This document shows, in pieces, positions 51,792 to 64,000 of a stretch of DNA of 64,000 bases. The translations under genes and the position numbers were made by a program. Positions within the stretch are counted from its first letter, which is position 1, and every line of letters begins with the position of its first letter. This stretch comes from Carcharhinus longimanus. Taxonomy: Eukaryota. The stretch lies in the NCBI GenBank assembly GCA_030264375.1, contig JASCQW010000162.1, positions 84,758,593-84,822,592 of the forward strand, in the 5' to 3' direction. Under the pieces are notes generated by a model, which did no database searches, was not told where the DNA came from, and saw nothing but the letters and a program-made list of their open reading frames with translations.

Positions 51792-51862
51792 CTATGTTAT
51801 CCTTTTCTTTGCACGAAATTGAATAGCAGCAGATTTCTCTATCCTGAATAGCAGCCAAATTC
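51792..51862 (-). CDS. ARL8B: ARL8B penultimate coding exon (71 nt)
   Basis: ttag|[24 protein letters not shown](D)|GTAGG. Confidence 0.93.
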
Positions 51863-52955
51863 CTAAAACAGAAAAATTAAAAATATAAAAGCAATTTCAT
51901 TCTAAGGAAAATATTCAAATATTCTGCTCATATCAAATATGTACAAGTTATAAGGCTGGGACACATCAACGGCAACCAAAATATTCTAGTTGCCTGCATT
52001 CATACTGTAAAAAAATCCACTTTACCATTTCTCCCAAATAACCAATGCAGTGCAATGTCACAAAGTTTGAACAATAATGTCCTGTGCAAGGAAATCATCT
52101 TCAAAGTGAAATACACAATCTTCCAATAGCTAATTGTGTATACTTTTGTTAGCCAGTAAGGCCAGGCTGTTATGCATGACAGTAGCCAGATAGAATTCCA
52201 ATGTATTTTGACCACTCATTAGCATTCCATGATATTAGTTAGCTGAGGAAGTGGTAATATTGATATCACAGGAACAATCAACTGCCCAATCTTCAAGGGA
52301 ATTAGAGGTCCATTAAATCTATTCTGAGCATTCGCTGGACCAGCAAAGGTGTTACAACGGCCTACATAAAAAGACAATGTTTACCCGAAAGGAGTCATGA
52401 GGATAACTGATCAGCTACCAGATAAATCAATTGTAAATCTTATTCATGTTGTACAGCATCTACGCAACTTTTTAAATAATATGTAAAAATTAGATGAGTT
52501 ACTTAAGCATTTATCAAGCTGATTTAACATATTGTATCCAATTAGCAATATATTTAAGGTTAACTACGGTTATGAGAGCTCAGTAGCAAAAATAGGAGAT
52601 GATAGGGAAGAATTTAGCATCAGGTTGTCAATGTAAACGTTTTAATTGAAAAGCTGGGAAAAAAAATGCAGGACTATAACATTGTACTGGCCAAGCGTCA
52701 ATGGTCCCACTTCCAGAAAAGCAGGATTAAGACCAATCTGTGCCTTATTTCCATTGGGTTCAAATCCCCTTTAATTGCCTACAAAACCAGTGTCACAATT
52801 CAGGGAGCAAGAGCCCAATTACTATTGATGAACTGATTTCAGGAGAAAATACACTTGCCATAGTTCCCCAATAACCAAGGCAAAATGTATTGTGCAAGGT
52901 GACCATTATTTGAGTTAACATACTTTGGTCAAAAAGTTTAACGTATCAAGGTCAA

Positions 52956-53229
52956 GGATGGCAAAGTGGCATAGTGTATAGCACTATTGCCTCACAGCAC
53001 CAGGACCAGGGTTCAATTCTAGCTTTGGGTGTCAGTGTCTTCCTCCATGTCTGTGTGGGTTTTCTCCCATATTCCAAAGATGTGCGAGTTAAGTTGATAA
53101 ATTGCCCCTTAGTGTCAGGGGGACTAGCAGGGTAAATACATGGTGTTACGGTGGTAAAACTTGGGTGGGATTGTCATCAGTGCAGGCTCGATGGGCTGAA
53201 AGGCCTCCTTCCGCACTACAGTGATTCTA
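52956..53229 (+). mobile_element. HE1-like SINE
   Basis: A box GTGGCATAGTG, B box GGGTTCAATTC, CR1-like tail gtgattcta. Confidence 0.8.
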
Positions 53230-53424
53230 AGATGACCAATTACAATTCAGGAAGTGTGCCAACTAGCATATTTAAAACAAAACAAAATAGCTTCCTCATT
53301 GCAGGATCACCCCACAATTCCCAGATCAACAAGAGGAGATGAGCTTCTCTTCAAGGTTAATTCTAGATCAATTGGTCAGAAGTCAGGTATTGGAGCATAC
53401 TCCTGTAATTTTTCCTCAATTGAG

Positions 53425-53713
53425 TTGGCCCATCAAGTCTGCACTGACTCACAACATCCCACTCTATCTCCATGGCCCAACACATTTACCCCACTAACCC
53501 CCTTAGCCTACATATCGTGGTGCACTAAACGGCAATTTTAGCATTGCTAATCCACCTAAGCTGAACAATGTTTGACTGTGGGAAGAAATCGGAACAGNNN
53601 NNNNNNNNNNNNNNNNNNNNNNNNNNNNNNNNNNNNNNNNNNNGCTGGAATTGAACCCAGGTCCCTGGCGCTGAGAGGCAGCAATGCTAACCACTCTGCC
53701 ACCATGCCATCCC
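53425..53713 (-). mobile_element. HE1-like SINE spanning a gap
   Basis: Minus strand GGTGGCAGAGTGGTTAGCATTGCTGCC...GGGTTCAATTCC. Confidence 0.85.
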
Positions 53714-54137
53714 TGTATACAGTTTAGAAACAAGCCATATTTGGAAGTAACCTTCCTTCTAAGCTGCAGGACCAACTATAAGCTCCAGCATAGGCCACAC
53801 AAGTTACCACTCATGCAGCTATGTAAAAAAAAAATTAAAGGGATTATGTAGCAAGACAAACTGCCCTTAAAAATAGCATTTTGTACATTTCAGAACATTG
53901 ATTTGAAGCATTTCTCCCCCCTCCCAGCTTTTAAAAGCAACTCGGCTTAAAAATCTAAGTCGAGACACAGAGTTTCTATATCCATAGGAGCATTTTACCT
54001 TAAAAAGGGGAAGTATAGTCAAAGAAGCAGATATTGATAAAGTTCAATACATCGACTTTAATTTAATACCATTATTACCATGTAGGCAAAAACTAGAGGA
54101 AAAAGTGCGCAGTTTGTTATCTACAACAATGGCTTAC

Positions 54138-54205
54138 ATTTTTTCAATGAGCTGTTTTTCATCCAGAGCATTTGGAAGATCTCTCTTATTTCCAAGAACT
54201 AGAAC
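54138..54205 (-). CDS. ARL8B: ARL8B internal coding exon (68 nt)
   Basis: tcag|[22 protein letters not shown](M)|GTAAG. Contains the G4 NKxD motif of an Arf-like GTPase. [13 protein letters not shown] is the ARL8B-type sequence, and adjacency to EDEM1 supports the call. Confidence 0.93.
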
Positions 54206-56467
54206 CTGAAAAAGGTAAAATATACTGTTACAACTAATATTGTGGCAGGGAATACATGTTCAGCTCTCAAAGGGTCATTCCACTGAAGCACAAGCCCTTT
54301 ATGAACCAACTTGTTCATAGTAAAGTGAGGTCTTTTGAACATGAGTGAAAAATCACTTCTCAATCTCCTGCACTCAAAGTGATGGTACACTAGTTATCTT
54401 CCTTCCATCCTCTTAGAAAACAGTAAATCTCAAAAGCACATGCAAGATGAGAAAGAACAGGACTGTTTACTTTATAAATGTGCAAAATAAATTTTAGATT
54501 AACAAAGACAAAATTCAAACTTTGTGCATCAAGTGTTAATATTGCCACTTATATTTGTGTGACAAGCAGCTGTTAGCTTGGGGATCTCCCCCAGTTAACA
54601 GCAGCCACACCTGTTCATCATTACTAGATAGCATAATTGATTCAGCATTTCATCAGTATATTTTAGAGGATTTCTCTTGCTCTGGAAGGACAATGGATGT
54701 ATAAAACACGTGGAATCATCCCAAAGTGGCTGCCCGATTACCTAGTGTCCATAACTTAACACCACTGTCACTGCCTTCTACCATCCCCAAGGTACCCATG
54801 TGACACTTCCATTTGACGCCAACTCACTCCATATGACCTATGAGGAAGGTGCTGAATTATACAGCTTTGCAGTGAACCATAACTGAATTACATGCATTAG
54901 AAACTGGATTGACAATAAAATATTAACTCATTTCAACCAAATCCCCAGGCCACAGCAATTATAAGCATCACCAATTAGCTAACAACATGCTCAGAGTTCC
55001 TGATGGGCAGTCTGCCAAGGATATTGAGACAAAACATTCCCATCAACACAAAGCTATAATCATAGTGTACTGCCAGGGAAATGCTTAAATTCATGTATGC
55101 TTTCAGACAGCGAGTAAAGGGCTTTTAAAATAGGCCATTAGCAAGATGCATTGGTAGGATCTTTGGACTTTACCAAAATGCACAAGACAAAATATTTGGA
55201 AATTAGCATTCCAGAAAACACTTTCCTTCCTCACCTTGAACAGTTAAAAGTTGGCATTGCTGATCCCACAAATCAGTAGAATGTGCAATTCAAAAGTGAC
55301 ACGTCCACTTTTGTGGCCTTGATAACTTATCAAGCATGTCAGTTCTTACAAGCAGCTTTGGGTTCAAATTAAACTAGCATAAGCTTGCAAAGGATATAGA
55401 TAAATCTGTTCATTATGGGACGGAATGCTGTGGATCCAAATATCCTCAAAAACTTGAAAGCAACATAGCAATTGAAGTTGCAAAATATTGGGACTGGAAT
55501 CCAGAAAATAAATTGACAGTTGTCACAATCAGATTAGGATACACAGGAAATCTGAACACCCAGTAATTTGACAGAATTATGCCACAGGATTTCAGTTTTT
55601 TTAAACAAAAGCAAACAATTTTTTAAAGTTAATATTGTTTACTTCATTATACATACTGTAGTGCACTACAAGCAGTTCAACTTTAGTTCCCTTATCTTCA
55701 AAATATTGGAAGCTCATTCAATTTTCTTCAGACCAGCCCAAAGGCTTGTCACAGTCCTCCAGAATTTACTTTAATTCTCCTTGTATTCCAGCTATTCCTG
55801 GAGATACAAATTTCATAGGTATTCTATTTGCTCTCAACTAATCAACTCTCCAATTTCTCTTTACAGACCTCAACACTGGACACACAATTTTCCCCTTGGC
55901 TTTGGGCACATTTTCTCAATTTGCTCCCATATAGTGTAGATACATCTTTCAAGCTAGCTACTTTCTGCCACATGGCTCTGAGAGAACCACTGTTTATTTC
56001 TTCCTGTAGCTTCAAACTAGGCAAATCTTCAAGGCACCTTTCTCAAAGTCGAGATTGAGCTTAAGTATTCACCTGCATTTTGTGCAGCGAATGATGTTAA
56101 CCTTCTCCCTGCTTAAGGACAGGCCCATCTAACATTAATTTCCATTGGCTCTCCCCACTGGGTTGCAGTCTGAACAAGACCAAGCCTACAACCAGTTAAT
56201 TTGTTCCCAAAGTGAACTGCTTGCTTCAGTCAGTAAGATGAATAGATAAATTAACCAAAAAACATGCAACCAAAGCTACAACCAGAATCACAATCTTTGG
56301 GAGTGTGGCATGCTTTGGGATGTCTTCAAAAAGAAAATTAGTTATCCTACTTTTGACACAACAGTTACAACATTTAGTTTTATTAGTACTCAGTCTTACC
56401 AATTATAGGAATGTTTTCTGAGTGGGTTTGAGTAAGAAAAAGGAATATGATGGGCAATCCTGTTTGG

Positions 56468-56715
56468 CATAAGAACATAAGAACATAAGAAATAGGAGCA
56501 GGAGTAGGCCATCTGGCCCTTCGAGCCTGCCCCGCCATTCNNNNNNNNNNNNNNNNNNNNNNNNNNNNNNNNNNNNNNNNNNNNNNNNNNNNNNNNNNNN
56601 NNNNNNNNNNNNNNNNNNNNNNNNNNNNNNNNNNNNNNNNCCTTTCCATCGCTAACACCCGGCAAATTATTCACGTCCTCCTCCGTGAAGACCGAAACAA
56701 AAAAGTTATTCAAGA
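56468..56715 (-). mobile_element. Young CR1 LINE spanning a gap
   Basis: (cataagaa)3 tail and LNNFFVSVFTEEDVNNLP. Confidence 0.85.
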
Positions 56716-57329
56716 ACGCATCTTGGGATGATAATCACAAACATCCACATATTGATAAGACAGTAGTAATAAGCTAAATGTTGTAACTGTTCAGACTAAG
56801 GTTGCAAACACTGTGGCGTTAAGCAAGGCCCGGTCAACGTAAACCACAGAGAAAGACTTAGATATTTTACAGATCCTATTTTGATAAATGGGATTTCCTG
56901 GAGAGGAATCAATGGTGAATCTGAACATGCAGTTAACTAAGACAATAGAAATGTTACATTTGAGGACACCTTTTGAGACTGGACAGCATTCCATTACTGA
57001 ATTTTTAGATATTATAAAAAAATTTTTACAAGTGTTTACTCAAATTTTAGTTAGTGATGCCAACATTAACCAGGAAGCCATTTAGCCATTATGGTTTAAG
57101 CCATTTAACTATAAACAGTCAGAATAAAAAGAAAATTTTTAATGATAAATTTGTGTTGTGGGGTAGTTTTAAATTGTATAACCAGCTTTAAGAAGCATCT
57201 TAAGCGTATGCGCAAAATATAAGATTTTCAACTGTAACAAATGTTAGAAGAGTGGGGAGTATCACTCTATCGAACATCACTATGTAAAACGAGAGGGTGA
57301 TTCACAAGACAACAGTTACTCGGACTACA

Positions 57330-59360
57330 TTTGTTTTTCCAGTGTAATCTGTGCAAAAGGACAAGACCCAAAAAGAGGCCCATATGCATCCTGATTTAAA
57401 TGCAAAAATGCATAGCTATGCAAGGGCAATCTCTTCCAGAGACTAGCAAAATTTCTAGTTGGTTCAAAGAGGAGATATTGCCCTACCTTCATCTAGAGGA
57501 AGAATACCATGATCACAAGATCAATGTCATGATAACCAGAACACTGACAACAAGATCTAATAACCAAGTACTAGACTGCTGAGATGACCAAACTTGAAAA
57601 AAAGTCAAAGACTCCACAGAAGAAAATTTGCAAGGCTAATCTACCAAAAGCTCTCGGTCCTCATCAGAAAAGGAGATAGCAATAAGTCTGAAATAAACAG
57701 TGATATAGAATTAAATATAAATAGTGACAAAGTAGGCAGGACAGAGTTATTGCAAAATAAATGATAAAATGGACACCTTACACTGGTAGATGACTTTCAA
57801 AGTGATAAAAAATGATGAGGCACAAAAGTGAGCAAATTGGCCATATGGTAAGCTTGATACTAGATAAGGTAATGAAGACAGAACTGAAGCAGTTGGATCT
57901 AAAAAAAACCAATTGGCTGAAATCAATCAGGATTACTACATTAATAAAAACTCACCATTCAAAAATACTGCAGCCAGAAAGCAAAGGGCTAAGAAACAAA
58001 TTTACAGGAGCCCAAAGTTTACATCAAAACAAGTAAGGCATGGTCTTAACAGACCAAGTATCATGTCCTGTAATTATTTCAGCTGGAAGAATATTTTGCA
58101 TGCTGATTATCCAAGGACAATAATCAAGTTGGCATAGATAAACTTTGTAAATGCATCAGGGCTGCTGATAAGTTGGAATTATTTAATGCTATGGGTAAAC
58201 GGAGATGGAGTTTCATTGATTAACAAAGATAGGGTTTCTGGACCAGACAAAATAACAGTTAAAGATTTGAATGCCTGAATACTAAAAATCCCAATGTATT
58301 ACCCAGCGTGTTCATGATTTAGCTATAGGAATAATTCTGGAATTAAATCTGTAGGACTGTATCTATACCAAAAATAGGTGATCAAGCGGCTCTCAAACAT
58401 CGACAATTGCTAACCAACAATTAGTTCTACAATCCTTAGATTATCTATGAAACTCATAGCAATAGATTATCCAAGGTCATGGAATAGGCATTTACAACTG
58501 GTTCTTCCAGATGCAATGAGAACATTGTAATCCTAAAAAAATTTAAGTATGACAAAAGACATGAGCTCCTGCAATGGTATTCAGGCATTTAGCTAAAGCA
58601 TTTGGCCATAAACAATGAGCAGGAACTAATGAGGCAGCCTTTGCTGGAAGGAAAAAAAGTGATTCCAATAAAAAGGATGTTAAATAATGTGATCCTATGT
58701 CTCAAACACATCTTAACATTGCAACGGATACATTATCTGCACTGAAGGAAAATCGTGTAGGTTTGAGTAAATAGTGATTCCAGAAAATTCTACACATCTT
58801 TAGCTTTTGCCAATGATACAGTTTTAGCAATTCATATACTGGTATGATGCAAAACCTGCTGATTCAAGAAATTTTGCGGTAAGATTGGTCCCAAAGTTAA
58901 TATACTACTGGATTTTAACTGTCATTTAAAACAAAACATTCTATTTTCATAAGAGCATGGAAGGTCAAAGGGGTCGATGTAAAATACATCATACATCAAG
59001 TGTTTGAAAAATACCTTGGAAAATGACCTAGGCTGGGTATATGATGAAGATGCCTGGATTGATAGTTTAACATCAAGTTCTCACAAACTGTCACTGCATT
59101 TCAATATTTTAAAAAACCTATTTTATTCCTTATCAATTAGTTCTTATGGATTCATTTCATAACACATACATTGATCAATCTTGATAATAGTATTAGAAAA
59201 GCAGCCAAATATTGCCAATGGGATGTTATACTGCAAGGTAAGAATATTCTTATAACTATTCTTACAAAGATTGAATCATTAAAACCAACTTCCGACCAGA
59301 TTATCCTGGCCTCTTTTTTACACTGCAGCAAAAATTTTGATCAAAAGATAATCACTTAAA
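57330..59360 (+). mobile_element. Ancient L1/Tx1-like LINE remnant (tentative)
   Basis: A-rich + strand. ORF1-like PKKRPICILI and FARLIYQKL; ORF2 C-terminal-like LENDLGWVYDEDAWIDSLTSSSHKLSLHFNILKNLFY at about 59017-59127. Confidence 0.4.
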
Positions 59361-61654
59361 ACCTTCATAGACTCAGCATAATTGAGGAAGTATCAAATAC
59401 CCTCCTGAGTGGGCTTGCAGGTATGTCATCTGCTCCCAGATTATCTAGCAGCCAAAAAAGTGAAACTTTTCTAAACTGGCACAATTACGAATTTAATAAA
59501 TGAGCTACACTGAATTATCAGGGCATTGGCACTTTGTATTTTTGTTACAACACTATCTCAAACAACTGACTACACGTTTAAATTGCTTTAAACAGCCCAT
59601 TTTTATTTGCACTTTTACTTGGGTGTAATGCATATACCAGCAGATACTTTTTAATCTTTCCTCAGACCTGTAAACATCAATGCAACTACAGNNNNNNNNN
59701 NNNNNNNNNNNNNNNNNNNNNNNNNNNNNNNNNNNNNNNNNNNNNNNNNNNNNNNNNNNNNNNNNNNNNNNNNNNNNNNNNNNNNNNNNNNAAACATCAA
59801 TGCAACTACTGCAATAATGTTAACAAGACAATTTCCTGTATTTTGGGCTGAGGCCCAGACTTTAAGGATCTTTTGATAAGATTCTCTATCTTCTCAAGGA
59901 AAAGGTCCTCAAATATGGTTTTACTGCTCATCTTGAGCCAGGCACTAGAACAGACAGCTAATTACTTTTCAAATCAGATCACATTTTGTAAAGACAACAT
60001 ATCATAGATGTTACAATTAGATTAAAGACAATAACTCAAAATCAAAGCCTTTACTGACACCCAAAATATAAAATGTTTCAGCTTTATCAGTTCATGAGGA
60101 AAATTGTGTGAACAAAACAATTCAATGAAATCTTTAAAGGACTATTTAGTTTAAAAGTTTCACCTAAGAAATTTCCATACTTGCCACGCTTTTAACACTA
60201 CAACTTCTACAAATTTTTGTGTGAATGAGTTCCTCCTTTATATTTTCTACTTTTTATCTCATTAATATTCCTTTTTCTTTAGTTTCAGTAATAAAAGTTC
60301 TGTATTATATTATCACAATTTATTGCTTTCAATAGATCTCATGATGAGTGCTATCTGTCCTTATAAATGGATTTCGGTCCAGCTCTTGACCTTAGCCTTA
60401 GTTGACTGTGGCTGCAATGCCTTTAATTTAGTTTTATACAGTTTTACATCAATGTTTTGCTAGTTAGGAGTTTGAAATATCCTTAATGCTTTATCTAGCT
60501 AGGTGCTTTCATTTGGCACAATGGAGAGCTTGTATTCATAAGTCAGCTTTTACTGGAGAAGTCCATAAACTTTGTCTTCCAGGAAGAAACTAGACTAAAG
60601 TTACACCCAATAATGAGGCACTGGGATGACATTTGCCCCAGTGGTGGGGCAGATAATGTTGGCAGAGGCAGAGTGCTAGTTTTCAAAGTGTGACTCCTTT
60701 AGTGCCTTTTTTAAAAACACCGCCAGTAACTAATAGCTGACAATACAGATTAATAGGTCATTTATCCACTTATGGGATAAATGTTTTTGTTTTGTGTTTG
60801 CTCACATAGTGACTTACACTTATGAAATTGAGAAATCCTGAACTACCAAATGTCCACATATGGCTGCGTAGGAATTTGCTCCACTGACACTATTTCTGTT
60901 TTGAGACATTAAAAATGTTAAAAAGCACTACATAAATGCAAATTGTAGCTTACTGGAATCCTAAACAATGATCCTTGGGAAGCTGAACATTCTCCATCTG
61001 AAGCGTTTCAAGTAGCAGCTCATTTTGTCTCACATTAACTGTGAAACTCTACAGTCTGCATTGACTACAATTGAAGATCGGAACTAAAATTACTGCAGGC
61101 ATAGATAAAATCACTGGTGTTTAACAGAATTGAAGTGAAACTGTGCACAGATGTAAATAAGGCAAAAATCAAGATTCTTATCTGCAGTGCCAAAACAGTC
61201 AGCCACTTAAATATGCTCTTACTAAAAACCTGAGATACTGCACCCTCTGCTGTACCACAGTGTATTGCAACTATTTAAAATTGTGAGGTTTGAGCAGCTC
61301 ATAAGTTTCAGCAACTTCCATATTTCTGATCAAACCGCAGTCCAGGTTAACACAAACAAAGTTTTACAAAGCACTAGTGAAATTACTTGTGTACTAATAC
61401 CAGTTTACAATTAACTGCAGCACCATGACTTAGACACGACCATCGATCCTAAACACTGCAATTGCTTTTAGATTTGCTCCTCAGAGATGGCTCTCAGGCT
61501 ATGATTCTCATAACTTTAAGTACCAAGCCCACATGCAAGCACTTGATGGATTNNNNNNNNNNATTAAACATGCTTGCTACAAGAATGGCTTAGTGGAGGT
61601 ATTCTTAACTAAAATCCCAAGTCCCATTCCAGGGAATGAGGCACTTAAATCCAG

Positions 61655-61740
61655 GTTGGCACTTTGCAATACTGAGGGAGTATGCACTGTTACAGGTGCC
61701 GTCTTTCAGGTGAAATCTTATGCTGGGACCCATCTGACAA
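61655..61740 (+). mobile_element. DeuSINE central-domain fragment
   Basis: aatactgagggagtatgcactgttacaggtgccgtctttcaggtga resembles the Deu-domain consensus as recalled. Confidence 0.5.
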
Positions 61741-61879
61741 GTTTAACTCTTGTTGAAAATGCCTTTTGCTTAAATTATGCAAAGATCTAAACTAAATTGA
61801 TAGTCTAATGTGGTACTACAGAGAGTCATCATTTGAGGGAAAAAACTGGTAGAAATAATAGCAAAGGAAAGAAGTACCT

Positions 61880-64000
61880 GGAAGCAATCTTATAGATTCA
61901 CACCAGTGGGTGTGTTCCAGTGGGTCACCATACAAACCAAGAAATACTTAGTGTTTGTAAGAAAGGTGCCACAAGAATCATGGTGATTTTAACATGCATA
62001 TTAATTGGAATGATCAAATTGGCAGCCTCAAGAGGGTTCATTGAACGTATTAGAGATTGTTTTTGGAACCAACCAGGGAGTAGGGTATTTCAACTTTGGT
62101 ACTATGCAATGAGTAGGGCTAATAAATGATCTCATAGTTCAGGATCCTACAGGAAAGTGTGATCATAGCATGCTAGAATTTCAAATTCAGTTCGAGGGTG
62201 AGAAACTGGAGTCCCACACTAGGTTTCTGGAGTTAAAAATAAAGAAAATTACATAGGCATGAAGACAGATTTGGACCTAGTGGACTGGCCAGGAAAACTG
62301 AAAGAGGATAGTTGATGAACAGTGGCAGACATTTGAGGAGATATTCAAGTCCTCCCAACTAAAAGAAAAGTTGGCAAGAGGGAGAAGGCTTCCATGGCTC
62401 AGCAAGGAAGATAGGATAAAGACAAAAACTAAGGCATACTGTATTGCAAAGGCCAGTGGTACACTGGAAGAGTAGGAAGCTTTTAAGATCAACAAATGGT
62501 CAATAAAAAGTAGTACAAAGAGCAAAGACAAAAGAAAACGAATGCAAAATATATAAAAAAAAACAGACAACTGAAGCTTCTCTCTCTGTCTAAAAAGTGA
62601 ATGCTGGTCCATTGGAAGATGAAGCTGGGGAGTTAGTGGGGAACGCAGAAATGGCTGAGACACAATCAATATTTTGCCTCAGTTCTCACAGCTAAGGACA
62701 TGAGCACCATCCCAATTATAACAGAAAATGCAGAGGGTATGGGGGGAATTATCACTAGGGAAAAAGTACTGGTCAAATTATTGGGATTGAAGGCAGAGAA
62801 GGCCCATGGCCTGATGGCTTACATCCTAGGGTTTTAAAAGGAATGGCATTGGAGACAGTGGTTACAATATTCTAAAGTCCTTGGATGCAGGAACAGTTCT
62901 GGAGGATTGGAAAAATGCTAATATAAAACCCATGTTCAAAAAAAGGACAAAATGTAGGAAATTATAGGACAAACAGTTTAACATGTCATTGAGAAATTGG
63001 TGGAATTGATTATAATGGAAGTAATAACAGGACATTTAGAAAGTTAAAATGCAATCCAGAGTCAGCATGGTTTTATGAAGGGTAAATCATGTTTTGACTG
63101 ACATGGTGTATGATGGGGATCCTGTAGATGTTGTATGTCTGGACTTCCAGAAGGCATTTGATAGTGTGCCACACAAAAGGTTACTACACAAGGTTAGTTC
63201 ACATGGGATATGGGGTAATTTATTAGCTTGGATAGAGGATTGGTTATCAGAAAGCAGAACCAGGATAAGTGGGTGTTTTTCGAGTTGACAAGATGTAACT
63301 CGTGGGGTGTCACAGGGTTCAGTCTTCGGGCCCCAACTATTTACAATCTACGTTAGTGACTTGGATACAGGGACAGTAGCTACCGTAGCCAAATTTGCAG
63401 ATGGTGCTAAAAGGTGGGATAGTAAAATGCAATAATGAAATAAGAAATTTACCAATGGACATGGATAGGTTAAATGAATGGGACAAAATCTGGCAGTTGA
63501 AGTGGATACCGTAGCTAAATGTGAGATTATTCATTTTGGTAGGAAAAATACAAAGACAAAATTATCTAAATGGAGAGAAACTTCAGAATGCAGAGCAATC
63601 TGGGTGCATGAATCTTAGAAAGCCAGTGTGTAGGTACAGCAGGTAATAAGGAAGACAAATGGAATCTTAGAATTTATAGCTAAAGGAAGAGAGTATAAAA
63701 GTAGAAGTGTTGCTGCTAAGATACAAAGCATTAGTGAGATTACAGTTAGAATGTTGTGTATGGTTTTGATTCCATTAAGCGGGGGGGATGTAGTTGCATT
63801 CAAGTGGTTCAGGAGGTGGTTCACTGGATTGATTCCAGATATGAGGGTTTGCCTTTTAAAGAGATTGGATAGTTTAGGCCTTTGTTCCCTCGAGTTAAGA
63901 ATGAGAGGACATCTAATTGAGGTATACAAGATAAGGGGCACTGACAAAATAGATGTGGAGAGAATGTTTCCTCTTTGTAGAGCAATCTAGAACAAGAAGT
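61880..64000 (+). mobile_element. Degenerate CR1-clade LINE ORF2, running off the window end
   Basis: GDFN, QHGF, CLDFQKAFDSVPH, GVSQGSVFGP and KFADG motifs, with frameshifts. Confidence 0.9.

Noticed and set aside
32330-53713. tRNA genes suggested by A/B boxes
   Set aside because: Each continues into a V-domain and a LINE-derived tail, so they are SINE heads. No cloverleaf is evident.
60945-61050. ATTCCA|GTAAG as the missing ARL8B exon ending ...LQGIP
   Set aside because: The upstream codons give SLFRIP, not DKPQLQGIP. That exon was not found and probably lies beyond the window.
1-64000. CRISPR array, operon, retron or other prokaryotic-type system
   Set aside because: No spaced direct-repeat array or dense ORFs. 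The reverse-transcriptase motifs all belong to decayed LINEs in vertebrate introns and intergenic DNA.

Overview
This is eukaryotic vertebrate genomic DNA. The repeat content (HE1/V-SINE-like tRNA SINEs, abundant CR1 LINEs, Penelope-like remnants, DeuSINE-like pieces) points to a cartilaginous fish, most likely a shark. It comes from a draft assembly with many placeholder N gaps of about 100 nt. The minus strand carries all 12 coding exons of EDEM1 (ER degradation-enhancing alpha-mannosidase-like 1, GH47), from the start codon at 41885 to the stop at 9616. Exon 1 is interrupted by a gap. All junctions are GT-AG with consistent phases, and the gene has a CpG-island, CCAAT-rich promoter. Upstream on the same strand are the last three coding exons and 3' UTR of ARL8B, matching the ARL8B-EDEM1 gene order in human. 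The rest is intronic or intergenic DNA with decayed retroelements. The best novel observation is a 787-bp solo LTR inserted into the EDEM1 exon-11 splice donor. Its 5-bp target-site duplication is the GTAAG donor itself, which leaves two consensus donors. Minimal hammerhead-ribozyme-like motifs also occur in the Penelope-like repeats. I found no prokaryotic-type system and no convincing wholly new gene.
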